From: a virus
Taxonomy: Duplodnaviria > Caudoviricetes
Length of the DNA stretch: 64,000 nt
IMG/VR virus record: IMGVR_UViG_3300005686_000008
Strand: one strand, 5' to 3'
Shown here one piece after another: positions 1 through 9,937 of the stretch. The position numbers and the translations under genes are program-made. Every line of letters begins with the position of its first letter. The first letter of the stretch is position 1. The notes under the pieces were generated by a model. It saw only the letters and a program-made list of their open reading frames with translations, did no database searches and was not told the origin of the DNA.

Positions 1-1
1 T

Positions 2-2206
2 GACCCTCAAGGAAACTTCGGCTCTGTGGATGGCGATAATGCCGCTGCTGAACGTTATACCGAGGCTCGCCTTTCTTATGCTGGTGCGGCTCTTTTGGAA
101 GACCTTTCTCCAAGAGTCGTTAGGTTCAAGAAAAACTACGACGAGTCAAGGGAAGAGCCTTCCGTACTGCCGGCTAAACTTCCAAACCTCCTTTTGAACG
201 GCTGTTCGGGTATTGCTGTAGGCTATGCAACCAATATCCCTCCGCACAACCTGAGAGAACTTGCAAGGGTCTTTGAGGCCTTTATCAAGAATCCCAATAT
301 TACTCCGCAGGAAATCATCAAGATCATGCCCGGTCCTGACTTCCCAACAGGCGGCGCTCTTCTTGGGCAAGAAGGGGTTCTCGAATACTATCAGACTGGC
401 AAAGGTTCTATCAAACTTGAAGGCATCTATACCATTGAGCCTGATAGCAAAGGAAATGACCAGATCATCATTACTGAGTTCCCCGAGGGAGGCGCTCCCG
501 AGAAGTTTAGGGAAGAGGTTAAAGACCTGATTGATAAGGGCAAGATTGGCGGCATCTCTGATATCGCTAACTACTCTTCCAACAAGATTGGAACAAGAGT
601 AATCGTTGAAATCGGTCGCAACGGAAATGTAAAGACTATTCTCAACCAGATCCTGTCTCATACTTGTTTGAGAGTGTCTTTCTCTGTCAACTCAACAGTC
701 CTTATCAATGGAAAGCTTTACGACAAGGCTCCTATTACCGTTCTGGTAAAAGCCTTCATTGACCATCGTACAGAGGTTCTTACCAACAAGTTCAACGCCG
801 AACTCGCTGATAGTCTTGAAAGAATCGAAATCCTTGAAGGGCTTCTTAGCGTTGCTTCTCATATTGATGAGGCAATCAAGATTGTTCGCGCAAGCGAAAA
901 TCCAGAGGCGGCTGCAAAGGCTTTGATTGAAAGAAAGCTGGTAACAACCGAGCGTCAAGCAAAGGCTGTTCTTGCTATTACTCTTGCAAAGTTGACCAAA
1001 CTTGAGCATAATGCCCTGCTGGAAGAGAAGAAGAAGAAAGAAGAAAGAGTTGCTTGGCTCAATAAGACTCTTGCTAATGTTAATGATATTCTTTCTCTCA
1101 TTATCCAAGAGCAGAAAGAGATTGCTGAAAAACTCGGAGATGACCGTAGAACAAAGATTTCTGGTTCCGCGGAGAACATCATTGAGGCAGACCTTATTCC
1201 TGTTGAAGATGTAGTTGTATGTATCACTACCGACGATTGCATTAAGCGCGTTCCTCTAAAGGAATATCGCAAGCAAAATCGTGGCGGCGTTGGAGTAAGC
1301 TCTGGTTCTTCTAGTGAAGACTTCTGTATGCAGTCTATGTTTGCTGCATCTACTCACGATGACCTTTTGTGTTTCACAGATGGCGGTAGAGCCTTCTCTA
1401 TCAAGGTCTTTGAGCTTCCTGAAACCGGAAGAACGGCCAAGGGTCGTCCTATTATCAACTTCATCAATCTAAAGAATGGCGAAAGGATCTGCGCTTATCT
1501 CCCAATCAAGGGACTTGGAAAGAGCCATACGTTCCTTAACTTCATTAGCGAGAATGGTCTTATCAAGAGGGCAGCGCTTCGCCAGTATGCAAATATCAAC
1601 AAGGGAGGCGTTGTTGCTGTCAAGGTAAAGAATGGAGACAGAATCGTAACCGTTCTTCCTTCTAAGGGAATTGATGACCTTCTTCTTGTAACGCATCTTG
1701 GAATGTCAATCAGGTTCAGCGAACTTGAAGTTCGTATCGGCGGGCGTCAGTCGTCTGGCGTAACTGGTATCAAGATTGGCAACAATGATAAGGTTGTTGG
1801 CGGCATCGTTGTTCCGATGAAGTTTGACAAGGATGGAGACACTATAACTTCGGAGAACGGTCTTACCATGATGACCTTTAGTACAAGGGGTTTCGGTAAG
1901 AGAACCAATGTTGACGAATATCTTGTCTCTCCTGTTGATGGCGGGAAACTCCGTCAGCAATCTCGCGGAGGCAAGGGTCGCATTGATATGAACATTGAAA
2001 AGAAAACAGGCAACTGTAGCGGCGTAATCCCTGTCAGGAATGGCAAGGATATTGTAATCATCACCAAGCAAGGTCAAATGGTAAGAATCCCTGGCGACTC
2101 AATCAAGACAACTTATAGAGGCACTAGCGGAGTAAGGATTGTAAAACTTGGAGATAATGACGAGGCTATCGCAGCTTCCCCGGTTGCTCAGGAAGTTGAA
2201 GAATAA
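2..2206 (+). CDS. gyrA: DNA gyrase subunit A (5' end lies upstream of the window)
   Basis: Frame is open from the window start (DPQGNFGSVDGD). Active-site AAAERYTEARL, GIAVGYATNIPPHNL, GPDFPTGG, and C-terminal propeller repeats with GyrA-box-like QNRGGVG and QSRGGKG. Confidence 0.95.
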   Translation, partial: DPQGNFGSVDGDNAAAERYTEARLSYAGAALLEDLSPRVVRFKKNYDESREEPSVLPAKLPNLLLNGCSGIAVGYATNIPPHNLRELARVFEAFIKNPNITPQEIIKIMPGPDFPTGGALLGQEGVLEYYQTGKGSIKLEGIYTIEPDSKGNDQIIITEFPEGGAPEKFREEVKDLIDKGKIGGISDIANYSSNKIGTRVIVEIGRNGNVKTILNQILSHTCLRVSFSVNSTVLINGKLYDKAPITVLVKAFIDHRTEVLTNKFNAELADSLERIEILEGLLSVASHIDEAIKIVRASENPEAAAKALIERKLVTTERQAKAVLAITLAKLTKLEHNALLEEKKKKEERVAWLNKTLANVNDILSLIIQEQKEIAEKLGDDRRTKISGSAENIIEADLIPVEDVVVCITTDDCIKRVPLKEYRKQNRGGVGVSSGSSSEDFCMQSMFAASTHDDLLCFTDGGRAFSIKVFELPETGRTAKGRPIINFINLKNGERICAYLPIKGLGKSHTFLNFISENGLIKRAALRQYANINKGGVVAVKVKNGDRIVTVLPSKGIDDLLLVTHLGMSIRFSELEVRIGGRQSSGVTGIKIGNNDKVVGGIVVPMKFDKDGDTITSENGLTMMTFSTRGFGKRTNVDEYLVSPVDGGKLRQQSRGGKGRIDMNIEKKTGNCSGVIPVRNGKDIVIITKQGQMVRIPGDSIKTTYRGTSGVRIVKLGDNDEAIAASPVAQEVEE

Positions 2207-2233
2207 GTTTTGATAGCGAAAGGCGCGGTATGT

Positions 2234-2713
2234 ATGAGTTCCGTTAATAGTATTGAAAGAATCCATAAAGTGATTGATGCTTGCACTACAGCGGCTAGGC
2301 ACTTTCTTTTCATCAACAATGAGGAACAAATTCCATTGAACTTTAGGTTTCTAATGCCTGATGGAACAATGGAGCATGTTTCTGAACAATCTCTTCTTGG
2401 ACTTTCTAAAGGGTCAATAGAGGCTCTTATCGGAAGTATCGCAGAAAGACTCAAACCTATTGCTCTTTTCCAGATTTGCGAAGCAAAAAACCCGGATGAC
2501 ATTGACATATTTTGTGTTTCTGCATCCTACAACGTTGACGGTTCGCCTGCATATACTTCTCTTGTTATTCCAATTACAAAAAATGCCGATGGAACTAGAA
2601 CATTGAAAGACGGAATGGGCGAAAGAATAAGTAATTTCGGTTTAGCTGGACGACCTGCTTTCCATTTTGCGTCGAAGACTTTTACCTCAATCAATAGTGG
2701 AGAAAATAAATGA
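2234..2713 (+). CDS. hypothetical protein
   Basis: ORF packed between gyrA and the next gene; ATGA-type overlap region at its 3' end. Confidence 0.6.
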   Translation: MSSVNSIERIHKVIDACTTAARHFLFINNEEQIPLNFRFLMPDGTMEHVSEQSLLGLSKGSIEALIGSIAERLKPIALFQICEAKNPDDIDIFCVSASYNVDGSPAYTSLVIPITKNADGTRTLKDGMGERISNFGLAGRPAFHFASKTFTSINSGENK

Positions 2714-3261
2714 AGTACAAGGGATATATTGTTTTGGGCGTTGTTTTGTTTGTTACTGTTTTCTTGGGAGGTTGCCCTCTCATTACCTATGGCAATAGAG
2801 AGGCTGATCTGAGAACGCAAGTTGAAGCCTCTCAGCAGGCGAACCAGGTTGTTTATGACCGTGTTTGGAAAACGCTTCAACAGCAGGCTGGCGTTACTGA
2901 TAGGTATCAGGAAAGTTTCCGCGCCATCTATAAGGATATCATGGACGCAAGGAATCCTGATGGACAGGCTAAACTTTTGAAGTTCGTTCAAGAGTCTAAC
3001 CCCAACTTCGATTCTAACCTCTTTAAAACCCTTATGACGAGCATTGAGGCTAACCGTAGGGACTTTGAACGAGAGCAGAAAACTCTTATTGATATCCATA
3101 GGGAGCATACTGTTATGTTCAGGCAGTTCCCGAGTAGCGTCTATCTTTCTGTTCTTGGGCGCAAGCAAATCTCTATCCAACTTGTAACATCAACCCGTAC
3201 TGATGAAGCGTTCAAGAGTGGTAAGGATGATGATGTTGATTTGTTCAAGCAGAACAAGTAA
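2710..3261 (+). CDS. membrane-anchored/secreted coiled-coil protein (LemA-like, tentative)
   Basis: N-terminal hydrophobic helix ending LGGC; helical body; RQFPSSVY resembles LemA-type sequences. Confidence 0.55.
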   Translation: MKYKGYIVLGVVLFVTVFLGGCPLITYGNREADLRTQVEASQQANQVVYDRVWKTLQQQAGVTDRYQESFRAIYKDIMDARNPDGQAKLLKFVQESNPNFDSNLFKTLMTSIEANRRDFEREQKTLIDIHREHTVMFRQFPSSVYLSVLGRKQISIQLVTSTRTDEAFKSGKDDDVDLFKQNK

Positions 3262-3290
3262 CTTAGAATATTGAAAGGCTGGAACTTGTT

Positions 3291-4466
3291 ATGATTATTT
3301 TCACTGCAATGTTAATCCCTCTCATAACAGCAGCCGTTCTGTGGTTCAAGTTTAAGCATCATACAAAGTGGTGGGAGTTCCTAATCCCATTTGGCGCTTC
3401 ATTTATCTTTGCCCTTCTTATGCATCTTCTTACCTCTTTCTTTCAGGTAAATAGAGATGAATATTGGACAGGCTGGATAACTAAGGCTAGCTATTTTGAA
3501 GCATGGAACGAAAAGGTTTATTATACCGAAAGAGTTCCAGACGGAACAACTCGTTATAGAGGAGCTGATGGTAAATGGCACTCTAAAACTAAATACAAGA
3601 CTGTACGCAAGTCTCGCATTGATGAACATCCTCCTCAGTGGGCTGCTTATGGTAGCAACGGAGAGACCTATTCAATAAGCCAGTCTGAATACAAGTCTTT
3701 TGTCAACAGATGGGGCAATGAATCGTTTGAGGAATTGAATAGGCATTTCTATAGTAGAGACGGAGACAGATATAACGTTTTATACAATAAAGTAGAAAAC
3801 GATATGGAGGTTATTAGTTCTGTCCATACTTATGAAAATAAAGTTGCCGCCTCAAGGTCTGTATTCAAGTTGCGGCCAGTATCTAAAGAGGAAGTAAAGA
3901 CTTTTGGACTTTACGATTATCCCTCTATGTCTGGAAGCTGGAACTTGCCATCCATATTAGGGTCGGATGTTCCTGGATTTTCTCAAGCGGAACGACAACT
4001 TAGTATCTTGAATGCAAAACTAGGGGCTTCGAAAGAAGTCAGGATATGGTTGCTTGTATTCAAAGAGAAACCATTAGATGCGGCTTATGCGCAGCAGAAC
4101 TATTGGATCAATGGCAACATGAACGAGTTTGTTATCTGCGTTGGAGTTGATCAAAATAATAAAGTTCAATGGGGTCATGCTTTTTCTTGGACAGACAACA
4201 GTAGCCTGATCGTTGAGGCACGAAATGCTGTCGATGCTCAGGTAGATAAAAGAGTTGAACTTGACCAAATTATTGACTGGGCAGAACAGAACATTCCTCA
4301 AAAGTGGACTAGAAAGGATTTTGAGAAAGATTTTGACTATCTCTCGGTCGAACCTCCGCTTTGGGCCATAATTCTGACATTTGTGCTAACTCTAGGACTA
4401 AACTTTGGCATCTCTTTTTGGATAGTAGGCAACGAGTTTATGGAAGACAAAAGAGCCATCGCATGA
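3291..4466 (+). CDS. integral membrane protein
   Basis: Two N-terminal and one C-terminal hydrophobic helices around a large soluble domain. Confidence 0.7.
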   Translation: MIIFTAMLIPLITAAVLWFKFKHHTKWWEFLIPFGASFIFALLMHLLTSFFQVNRDEYWTGWITKASYFEAWNEKVYYTERVPDGTTRYRGADGKWHSKTKYKTVRKSRIDEHPPQWAAYGSNGETYSISQSEYKSFVNRWGNESFEELNRHFYSRDGDRYNVLYNKVENDMEVISSVHTYENKVAASRSVFKLRPVSKEEVKTFGLYDYPSMSGSWNLPSILGSDVPGFSQAERQLSILNAKLGASKEVRIWLLVFKEKPLDAAYAQQNYWINGNMNEFVICVGVDQNNKVQWGHAFSWTDNSSLIVEARNAVDAQVDKRVELDQIIDWAEQNIPQKWTRKDFEKDFDYLSVEPPLWAIILTFVLTLGLNFGISFWIVGNEFMEDKRAIA

Positions 4467-4807
4467 CGCTTAAGCAGATAGCCGACACCTATGGGCTTCC
4501 TGCTAGGATTAGAATTCCTTTAGAGAAGCATATTGTCAACCAGTTTGGCAAATCTGTTAGACTAATAGAGTTTCTTCATCGGACAATCACAAAAAAGCTT
4601 GAAAATGGGCATTACCTCCAATATGATGAATCTCAACCGTGGCATGGCGAGTTTCAGTGCTGCTACGTTGAAAGCGTTTCGGACAAAGTTCAAAAGAATT
4701 GGGAATATGCTGGTAAGCCTACTCCCGAACAACTTCCAGAAAAAGGAAAAGAAAATGGGTGGGACAAATCAAAAAACGTTGACCCCGGCAGTTCCTCAAA
4801 CAGCTAA
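4463..4807 (+). CDS. hypothetical protein
   Basis: ATG overlaps the upstream TGA (ATGA). Confidence 0.5.
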   Translation: MTLKQIADTYGLPARIRIPLEKHIVNQFGKSVRLIEFLHRTITKKLENGHYLQYDESQPWHGEFQCCYVESVSDKVQKNWEYAGKPTPEQLPEKGKENGWDKSKNVDPGSSSNS

Positions 4808-5117
4808 TGTTGGTTCTGCAATTATTTCTTCTCTTCGCATTCACGAAAACAACGGAGAAGTCCATCTGCATGATGATGCAAACAGTCGTAAATTTGCATG
4901 TCCTGTGGCTGAGTTTTATTCTGGTTGGAAAAATGGTAAATCGTCAAATTTTGCCAATCCTCTTGTTCTTGTTGGACATGATGGAAACGGGAACCCCTTG
5001 TCTGCTCGTTTCGAAAAGGTAATTTCAAACGGTAAGCTGGATGTTTCCATTTCGTTTGACAAGGTTGAATCTGGTGACACGATTAACCAGATTGATGATT
5101 TTGTAAATGGTCGGTAA
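4755..5117 (+). CDS. hypothetical protein
   Basis: ATG preceded by AAGGA; codon style matches neighbours. Confidence 0.6.
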   Translation: MGGTNQKTLTPAVPQTANVGSAIISSLRIHENNGEVHLHDDANSRKFACPVAEFYSGWKNGKSSNFANPLVLVGHDGNGNPLSARFEKVISNGKLDVSISFDKVESGDTINQIDDFVNGR

Positions 5118-5148
5118 GTAAATACAATTCTTTCAGGAGATTTAGAAA

Positions 5149-6480
5149 ATGACCGCTGTAGCAACCGAGAACAAGAAGTCCAAAGTATCAGCCAAAGACC
5201 GCATTAACGCTTTCATGGAAAGGCATATATGCGATTTTGTTGGCACGAATAGTAAGCCCTATGAATTAACTAGCGTCAAGAGTTTGCAGAGGCCTTCGGA
5301 AGAAACTCTCTTAAATGTTATTCCAACATTTGAAGAGTACACCAAGACCAGAAAGAGTCCCGTAACTATTAATGGTCTTGATGTTGTTTTGCTTGAAACA
5401 TTCAATTTGGAAAAGACTAACAATAACTATATTCCTGGCATTTCAACAAAGGGATTCTCTGCTATTGCGGTTGAAAGGAAAACAGGATTTGCTTGGGGAG
5501 TTATTACTTCTTTTCACAGTCACTCTCTAACTTCTGATGGAATTTCTTATGCAAGAAATTTCTCGGGGAAATTCTCGGGGAAAAATGTAGAGAACGATAC
5601 TAGCTATTTCTATAGCGATGACTGCGTTGATGACACTATTGCTCCAGCTTTGCTCTTTATTGGAGATACTGTCATTGCCAATGCTGATGAAAATGCTTCT
5701 GACAATCAAATCCTTGATTACGATTTATGCCAGAATCTCGCCTGCCTCAGCTTTGATTGCCTTGCGAACCTGATCCGTGGAAAAGTTGTTAATGATTGGC
5801 CTTCAAAGACTATGAAGGTTATTTCTGGCGCTAAACTTTCTATTGTTGATTTTACTCCGCAGGAAACAAAACCAGCCTCGGCAGCTATTCGCGAGAATTA
5901 TAGTTCTGTAAATCGTAAGGCTAATTTCAACTTCTATGCTTGGGCGGCAAAGCAGAAGACCCCTGGTTATGGTTTCTCTCTTATTATGACTAATAAGCTT
6001 GAATGGCACAAGCCTTCTACTGTTGTTATTCGTAATGGCAACGTCACTTACCTTATGGGACAGGATGAAGATACTTATTTTGGTTGCCAACTCGCAGATA
6101 ATCCCAATTCCATTGAAGAAGCCTATCTCTCTCTTATTCCGGCAGAAGCAAGAGGGGTTAAGGGTGTACTCCGTCAAGGTGAATGGTTTGCAATTCCTGT
6201 TGCAAATCAAAAGAGCGTTCCTGATCGTTTCGATAAGAACGTTATTCTTTGCGATTGCGATTGTGATAGCCTTGGCCTTTGTTTTGGTTTAGAAGATAAG
6301 GACTCTAACCATCATCATCTTAGCGGCGAAATTATCGTTTTGAAAGATGGCAGGTACTTTGTTCGCAACTTTGAGATTGAGCATAGCGAACATGCTACTC
6401 TTAGCGGAGAACACAACGTGTGGTATACTTTCGCCCGTAATACGGCTGTAGCTTCTTTCTCTGCTGAAAGAGTAGACTAA
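5149..6480 (+). CDS. hypothetical phage protein with RQG(E/D) motif and His-rich C-terminal domain
   Basis: 443 aa ORF with AGGAG SD; LRQGEWFAIP, NHHHL, HSEH motifs. Confidence 0.7.
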   Translation: MTAVATENKKSKVSAKDRINAFMERHICDFVGTNSKPYELTSVKSLQRPSEETLLNVIPTFEEYTKTRKSPVTINGLDVVLLETFNLEKTNNNYIPGISTKGFSAIAVERKTGFAWGVITSFHSHSLTSDGISYARNFSGKFSGKNVENDTSYFYSDDCVDDTIAPALLFIGDTVIANADENASDNQILDYDLCQNLACLSFDCLANLIRGKVVNDWPSKTMKVISGAKLSIVDFTPQETKPASAAIRENYSSVNRKANFNFYAWAAKQKTPGYGFSLIMTNKLEWHKPSTVVIRNGNVTYLMGQDEDTYFGCQLADNPNSIEEAYLSLIPAEARGVKGVLRQGEWFAIPVANQKSVPDRFDKNVILCDCDCDSLGLCFGLEDKDSNHHHLSGEIIVLKDGRYFVRNFEIEHSEHATLSGEHNVWYTFARNTAVASFSAERVD

Positions 6481-6486
6481 ATTCAA

Positions 6487-6519
6487 CGCCGGCTTGCCGA
6501 AAGACAAGCCGGTAGTTTT
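6487..6519 (+). terminator. intrinsic terminator-like hairpin
   Basis: GCCGGCTTG-loop-CAAGCCGGT followed by AGTTTT, right after a stop codon. Confidence 0.55.
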
Positions 6520-6744
6520 ATGTCATACTTATCTGATGATATTCCGTTTGAAGAGTTAGAACAAACTCTTCCCATTGTTGATAATATCTTAGAACAATCA
6601 TTTGATGGAAGACCTGCTGAAGATCTTACCAGCAAAGAGAGAATCAAGCTCAATTTGCTGTTTAGAATAGCAGCTAGTATTCATCTTGCTAAAAGAGGCT
6701 ATACTTGTCCTCCTGATGAAATTGAATACTGCTTTGGGAGATAG
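6520..6744 (+). CDS. hypothetical protein
   Basis: Short ORF in a packed gene array. Confidence 0.5.
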   Translation: MSYLSDDIPFEELEQTLPIVDNILEQSFDGRPAEDLTSKERIKLNLLFRIAASIHLAKRGYTCPPDEIEYCFGR

Positions 6745-6750
6745 TTCCTA

Positions 6751-7107
6751 ATGTCAAGAGTTGTACAAGAATTCTATTGCGCGAAGTCTGGCGGCGGATG
6801 CGGCGGATTTTTCCTCGCAAAACTCAATATGTCGCTCAGCGGCATTCACAAAATAATCTGCCCCAACTGCGGACATGATCATCAACGTCGAATTAAAGAC
6901 GGAGTGATTGTTGAAGACAAACGATATGAGAATAAGCCTGTAGATGAAATCTACCCAACTAAATCCAGCTTCCGAATGGAGCCATATACTCTTCAAACAA
7001 AACAGAGAGTAGGAACTGATAAAGAAAGAGATTGTGTTGTATTAGATAAGAAAACCGCTCCTAAAGACATTAGCCATTGGATTGAATGGCATGGAGACAA
7101 GATATGA
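6751..7107 (+). CDS. zinc-ribbon protein
   Basis: C-AKSGGG-C and CPNC cysteine pairs. Confidence 0.6.
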   Translation: MSRVVQEFYCAKSGGGCGGFFLAKLNMSLSGIHKIICPNCGHDHQRRIKDGVIVEDKRYENKPVDEIYPTKSSFRMEPYTLQTKQRVGTDKERDCVVLDKKTAPKDISHWIEWHGDKI

Positions 7108-7463
7108 ACGAGGTTCTTAATAAAATCAAGTTCTCCCCATTTTCCCAGGCTCGCGCTCTGTTCGAAGTAGAAACATCTCTTCAAACTCCTGATGATAAAG
7201 GTTTTGCGCACATCGAAAACGATCCTGATTTCGGCGTATTCAGAATACTTGATCAAAGAGAAGGAGACAAACGGCTCGTTTGGAACCGTTTGAGCATGGG
7301 CGATATCGCTGAAGCAGGTAGGATGTTTGATAAGTTCCTCAAAGAGGGGCTGGCGGCTTATAGAGTTGGAGGCGACGGCAAGACTGGTGCAAGGATGGAA
7401 TCCTTTGACCCAACAGCCGAAGAAGTCATTTTCATGCCCATCAAACTCATAGCTGGCGGATAA
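7104..7463 (+). CDS. hypothetical protein ending in di-glycine (IAGG)
   Basis: ATGA overlap, GGAG SD, C-terminal LIAGG-stop. Confidence 0.65.
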   Translation: MNEVLNKIKFSPFSQARALFEVETSLQTPDDKGFAHIENDPDFGVFRILDQREGDKRLVWNRLSMGDIAEAGRMFDKFLKEGLAAYRVGGDGKTGARMESFDPTAEEVIFMPIKLIAGG

Positions 7464-7466
7464 CTC

Positions 7467-8609
7467 ATGAGCGCTGTTATTGAAAAAGGCGTTGCAGAAA
7501 GAGAACTGGATGTTGCTGTAGATGATGCTATCTACTGCATGCAACATAAGTATGAACTCCCTTACACAACCGTAGACCCTTACGGGAATACAACAGTTAG
7601 CGTTGTTGATAAGGTTGAGACATACTTCCAGCCTACGCCAGATGGCGATGCAATGCGGGCTAAACTTTCTCTCAAGGTATTCAAGAACCAAACCGTCAAG
7701 GTTTCTCCTGTTCTTGCAACCGGAGAAGAAGTTCATCCTCACCAAAGAGGATTTGTTGATGCGACAATGAATGCTCTTGAGCATTTAGAAAAAGAAATGC
7801 CTGATGACAGAAACCTCAAACAAATATATAGGTCTCTTATGAGATACAGCACAACAGGTACATCCGCAATTTCAACGCTCAGTTACTCTGCCTATGATGA
7901 TGAAACTGACATTACAGATACTTCATCATACTATAATAAGTATGCTTACTTGTATCGAAACTCCGTAAACGCTACAGAAGCATACCTTACCCCTTATTAC
8001 AAGACTCTTTCTACAACGTCAACAACATATACTGCTTGGGATACAACTACAGACTCTTCTTATAATCATCATGTTAAGTATTGGCTTGGCAGGGAGAGGT
8101 CTCATCCGATTGTTGATGCGGTTGAGAGAATCAAAGAAATCATCCGTAATCGTCAGGCTCCAGCCGTCATTATTCGCGACAACGTTATTCGCAGAACTAC
8201 TGATGTTCGTGAAATTCGCGCAAGACAAACTCTTCGCCGATTGATCGGGGAAGATGCGTATCAAAAGTTCATTTGTAGAGGCTTCGTTACTTATAAGGGC
8301 GAAAATAGAACCTATCAAATCTTCCCTGGACATAAGAAAGTCGTTGTTTGGTCTCAGGGTAAGAAAATAGAAGAACTCTGCATCATCCTTTCTGGAGACT
8401 TCCCGCCTACGGATACTCTTCTTATGCGTCTCTTATTTATTCAGGAGAGCGAAGAAAGATTCCGCGCAACTTCCAACGTCTTCCCTGCTTATGCTCCTTC
8501 TCATGGAAGGGCTATTGAGGTTGAGACTCCGAAGATTATTACTCTGCCAGAAATCTTTGCTGGCTTGAAAGTTGAGCAAGACCGTTCGCAGCGTAGACTG
8601 GTGGCATAA
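7467..8609 (+). CDS. hypothetical protein
   Basis: 380 aa ORF; Thr/Ser/Tyr-rich linker and a globular C-terminal domain. Confidence 0.7.
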   Translation: MSAVIEKGVAERELDVAVDDAIYCMQHKYELPYTTVDPYGNTTVSVVDKVETYFQPTPDGDAMRAKLSLKVFKNQTVKVSPVLATGEEVHPHQRGFVDATMNALEHLEKEMPDDRNLKQIYRSLMRYSTTGTSAISTLSYSAYDDETDITDTSSYYNKYAYLYRNSVNATEAYLTPYYKTLSTTSTTYTAWDTTTDSSYNHHVKYWLGRERSHPIVDAVERIKEIIRNRQAPAVIIRDNVIRRTTDVREIRARQTLRRLIGEDAYQKFICRGFVTYKGENRTYQIFPGHKKVVVWSQGKKIEELCIILSGDFPPTDTLLMRLLFIQESEERFRATSNVFPAYAPSHGRAIEVETPKIITLPEIFAGLKVEQDRSQRRLVA

Positions 8610-8851
8610 TGTTTCAATGGCTTACAAACCTGTTCAAAAGAAAGTCTCCATCTTATAAGGTTTGGGCTTATAGATTCGATTGCGTTAGTAAATGGAGTAA
8701 GGTTGTTTCTGTTGACAAACCCTCTCCTGATTTTACAGGAAAGGTTGTTGGACCATTTAGGTCAGAGGTTGATTGCGAAGAATTTTGCTCAGAACAAAAC
8801 GCAACAATGTATTGGATTTCAAATGAGCAATCCAGAAAAGTCAAACGATAG
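8609..8851 (+). CDS. hypothetical protein
   Basis: TAATG coupling to the upstream gene. Confidence 0.5.
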   Translation: MFQWLTNLFKRKSPSYKVWAYRFDCVSKWSKVVSVDKPSPDFTGKVVGPFRSEVDCEEFCSEQNATMYWISNEQSRKVKR

Positions 8852-9320
8852 AGAATCTTGTCCTTGTGCGTTTGGAAATCCTTGTTCTCCAAATTGTTCT
8901 TGCGCTCATAGATTTATGTCTGGCGGATGTCGGCGCTGCTGTCGTTATGGTTCCAAAGAACAGCAAAAGGGAATGGCTAAAGCACTCATTGATAAAGAAG
9001 TATTGTTCAATAAGGCTATAGATGCTCTAACGGCTATTTCTCAACTCGGAGGCAACCTTTCTGATGGAAAGTTCATAAGCAGAAGCGGGACAAATGATGC
9101 AGTTTATAGAGGGCAGATGTATGTTAGCGCAAGAGCTATCGCTAATGAGTTCTTGAGCTACAAAAAAGACGCTGAAAACGGCAAATATAAGATCAAGGCT
9201 CCAAAGGATTGTGTTATTGATGACAAGGGAGATGTTATCAAAGGAACATGGACCCGCGAAAATGGCGGTCATGGAGACTTTTGGTGGAGATTTGATGGCG
9301 AAGCCTTTGAGGATGACTAA
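8823..9320 (+). CDS. Cys-rich hypothetical protein
   Basis: CPC...PCSPNCSC...GCRRCC cluster; TAATG coupling to the next gene. Confidence 0.55.
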   Translation: MSNPEKSNDRESCPCAFGNPCSPNCSCAHRFMSGGCRRCCRYGSKEQQKGMAKALIDKEVLFNKAIDALTAISQLGGNLSDGKFISRSGTNDAVYRGQMYVSARAIANEFLSYKKDAENGKYKIKAPKDCVIDDKGDVIKGTWTRENGGHGDFWWRFDGEAFEDD

Positions 9321-9937
9321 TGAAAGAATATCCGTCTATTGAAGGGCCTCTTGGTGACTTTGGAAAGCCTTGTATTGCTTTTTATAAGTATGATGGTAGC
9401 AACCTGCGATTTGAATGGACCCCTAAGAATGGTTGGACTAAGTTTGGAACCAGAACGAGACTATTTGATAAGACCGATCCTGTTTTTGGTTGCGCAATAG
9501 ATATCTTCATGGCGACACAATCTGAAGGCATTGAGCGAGTTATTAGAAACACAAAAGAGTTTCGTAATAACGAACGAGTAACAGCTTATTGCGAGTTCTT
9601 TGGCCCCAAATCGTTTGCTGGCATCCATGATTTAGAGCCAGACAACGATCCCAAGGAACTTGTTTTATTTGACATAAACTTCCACAAGAAGGGCATTCTT
9701 GGGCCGAGGGATTTTGTGAAACACTTTGGTCATCTCAAGTCTGCTCAGGTTGTTTATGATGGCAACTTTAATCAAGAGCTGATTAACGCTGTACGCAATA
9801 GGACTCTTCCTGTTTGGGAAGGAGTTGTTGCCAAGGGCGGCTCTGGACATGATTTATGGATGCGCAAAATCAAGTCCAACGACTATCTTGATAAATTGAA
9901 AGCCGTCTTTGCTGGCGAATGGGAAAAGTACGTCTAA
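9320..9937 (+). CDS. ATP-dependent RNA ligase-like nucleotidyltransferase (adenylation domain only)
   Basis: Motif I KYDGSN, III YCEFFG, IIIa LFDI, IV WEGVVAK, V MRKIK. Confidence 0.8.
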   Translation: MKEYPSIEGPLGDFGKPCIAFYKYDGSNLRFEWTPKNGWTKFGTRTRLFDKTDPVFGCAIDIFMATQSEGIERVIRNTKEFRNNERVTAYCEFFGPKSFAGIHDLEPDNDPKELVLFDINFHKKGILGPRDFVKHFGHLKSAQVVYDGNFNQELINAVRNRTLPVWEGVVAKGGSGHDLWMRKIKSNDYLDKLKAVFAGEWEKYV

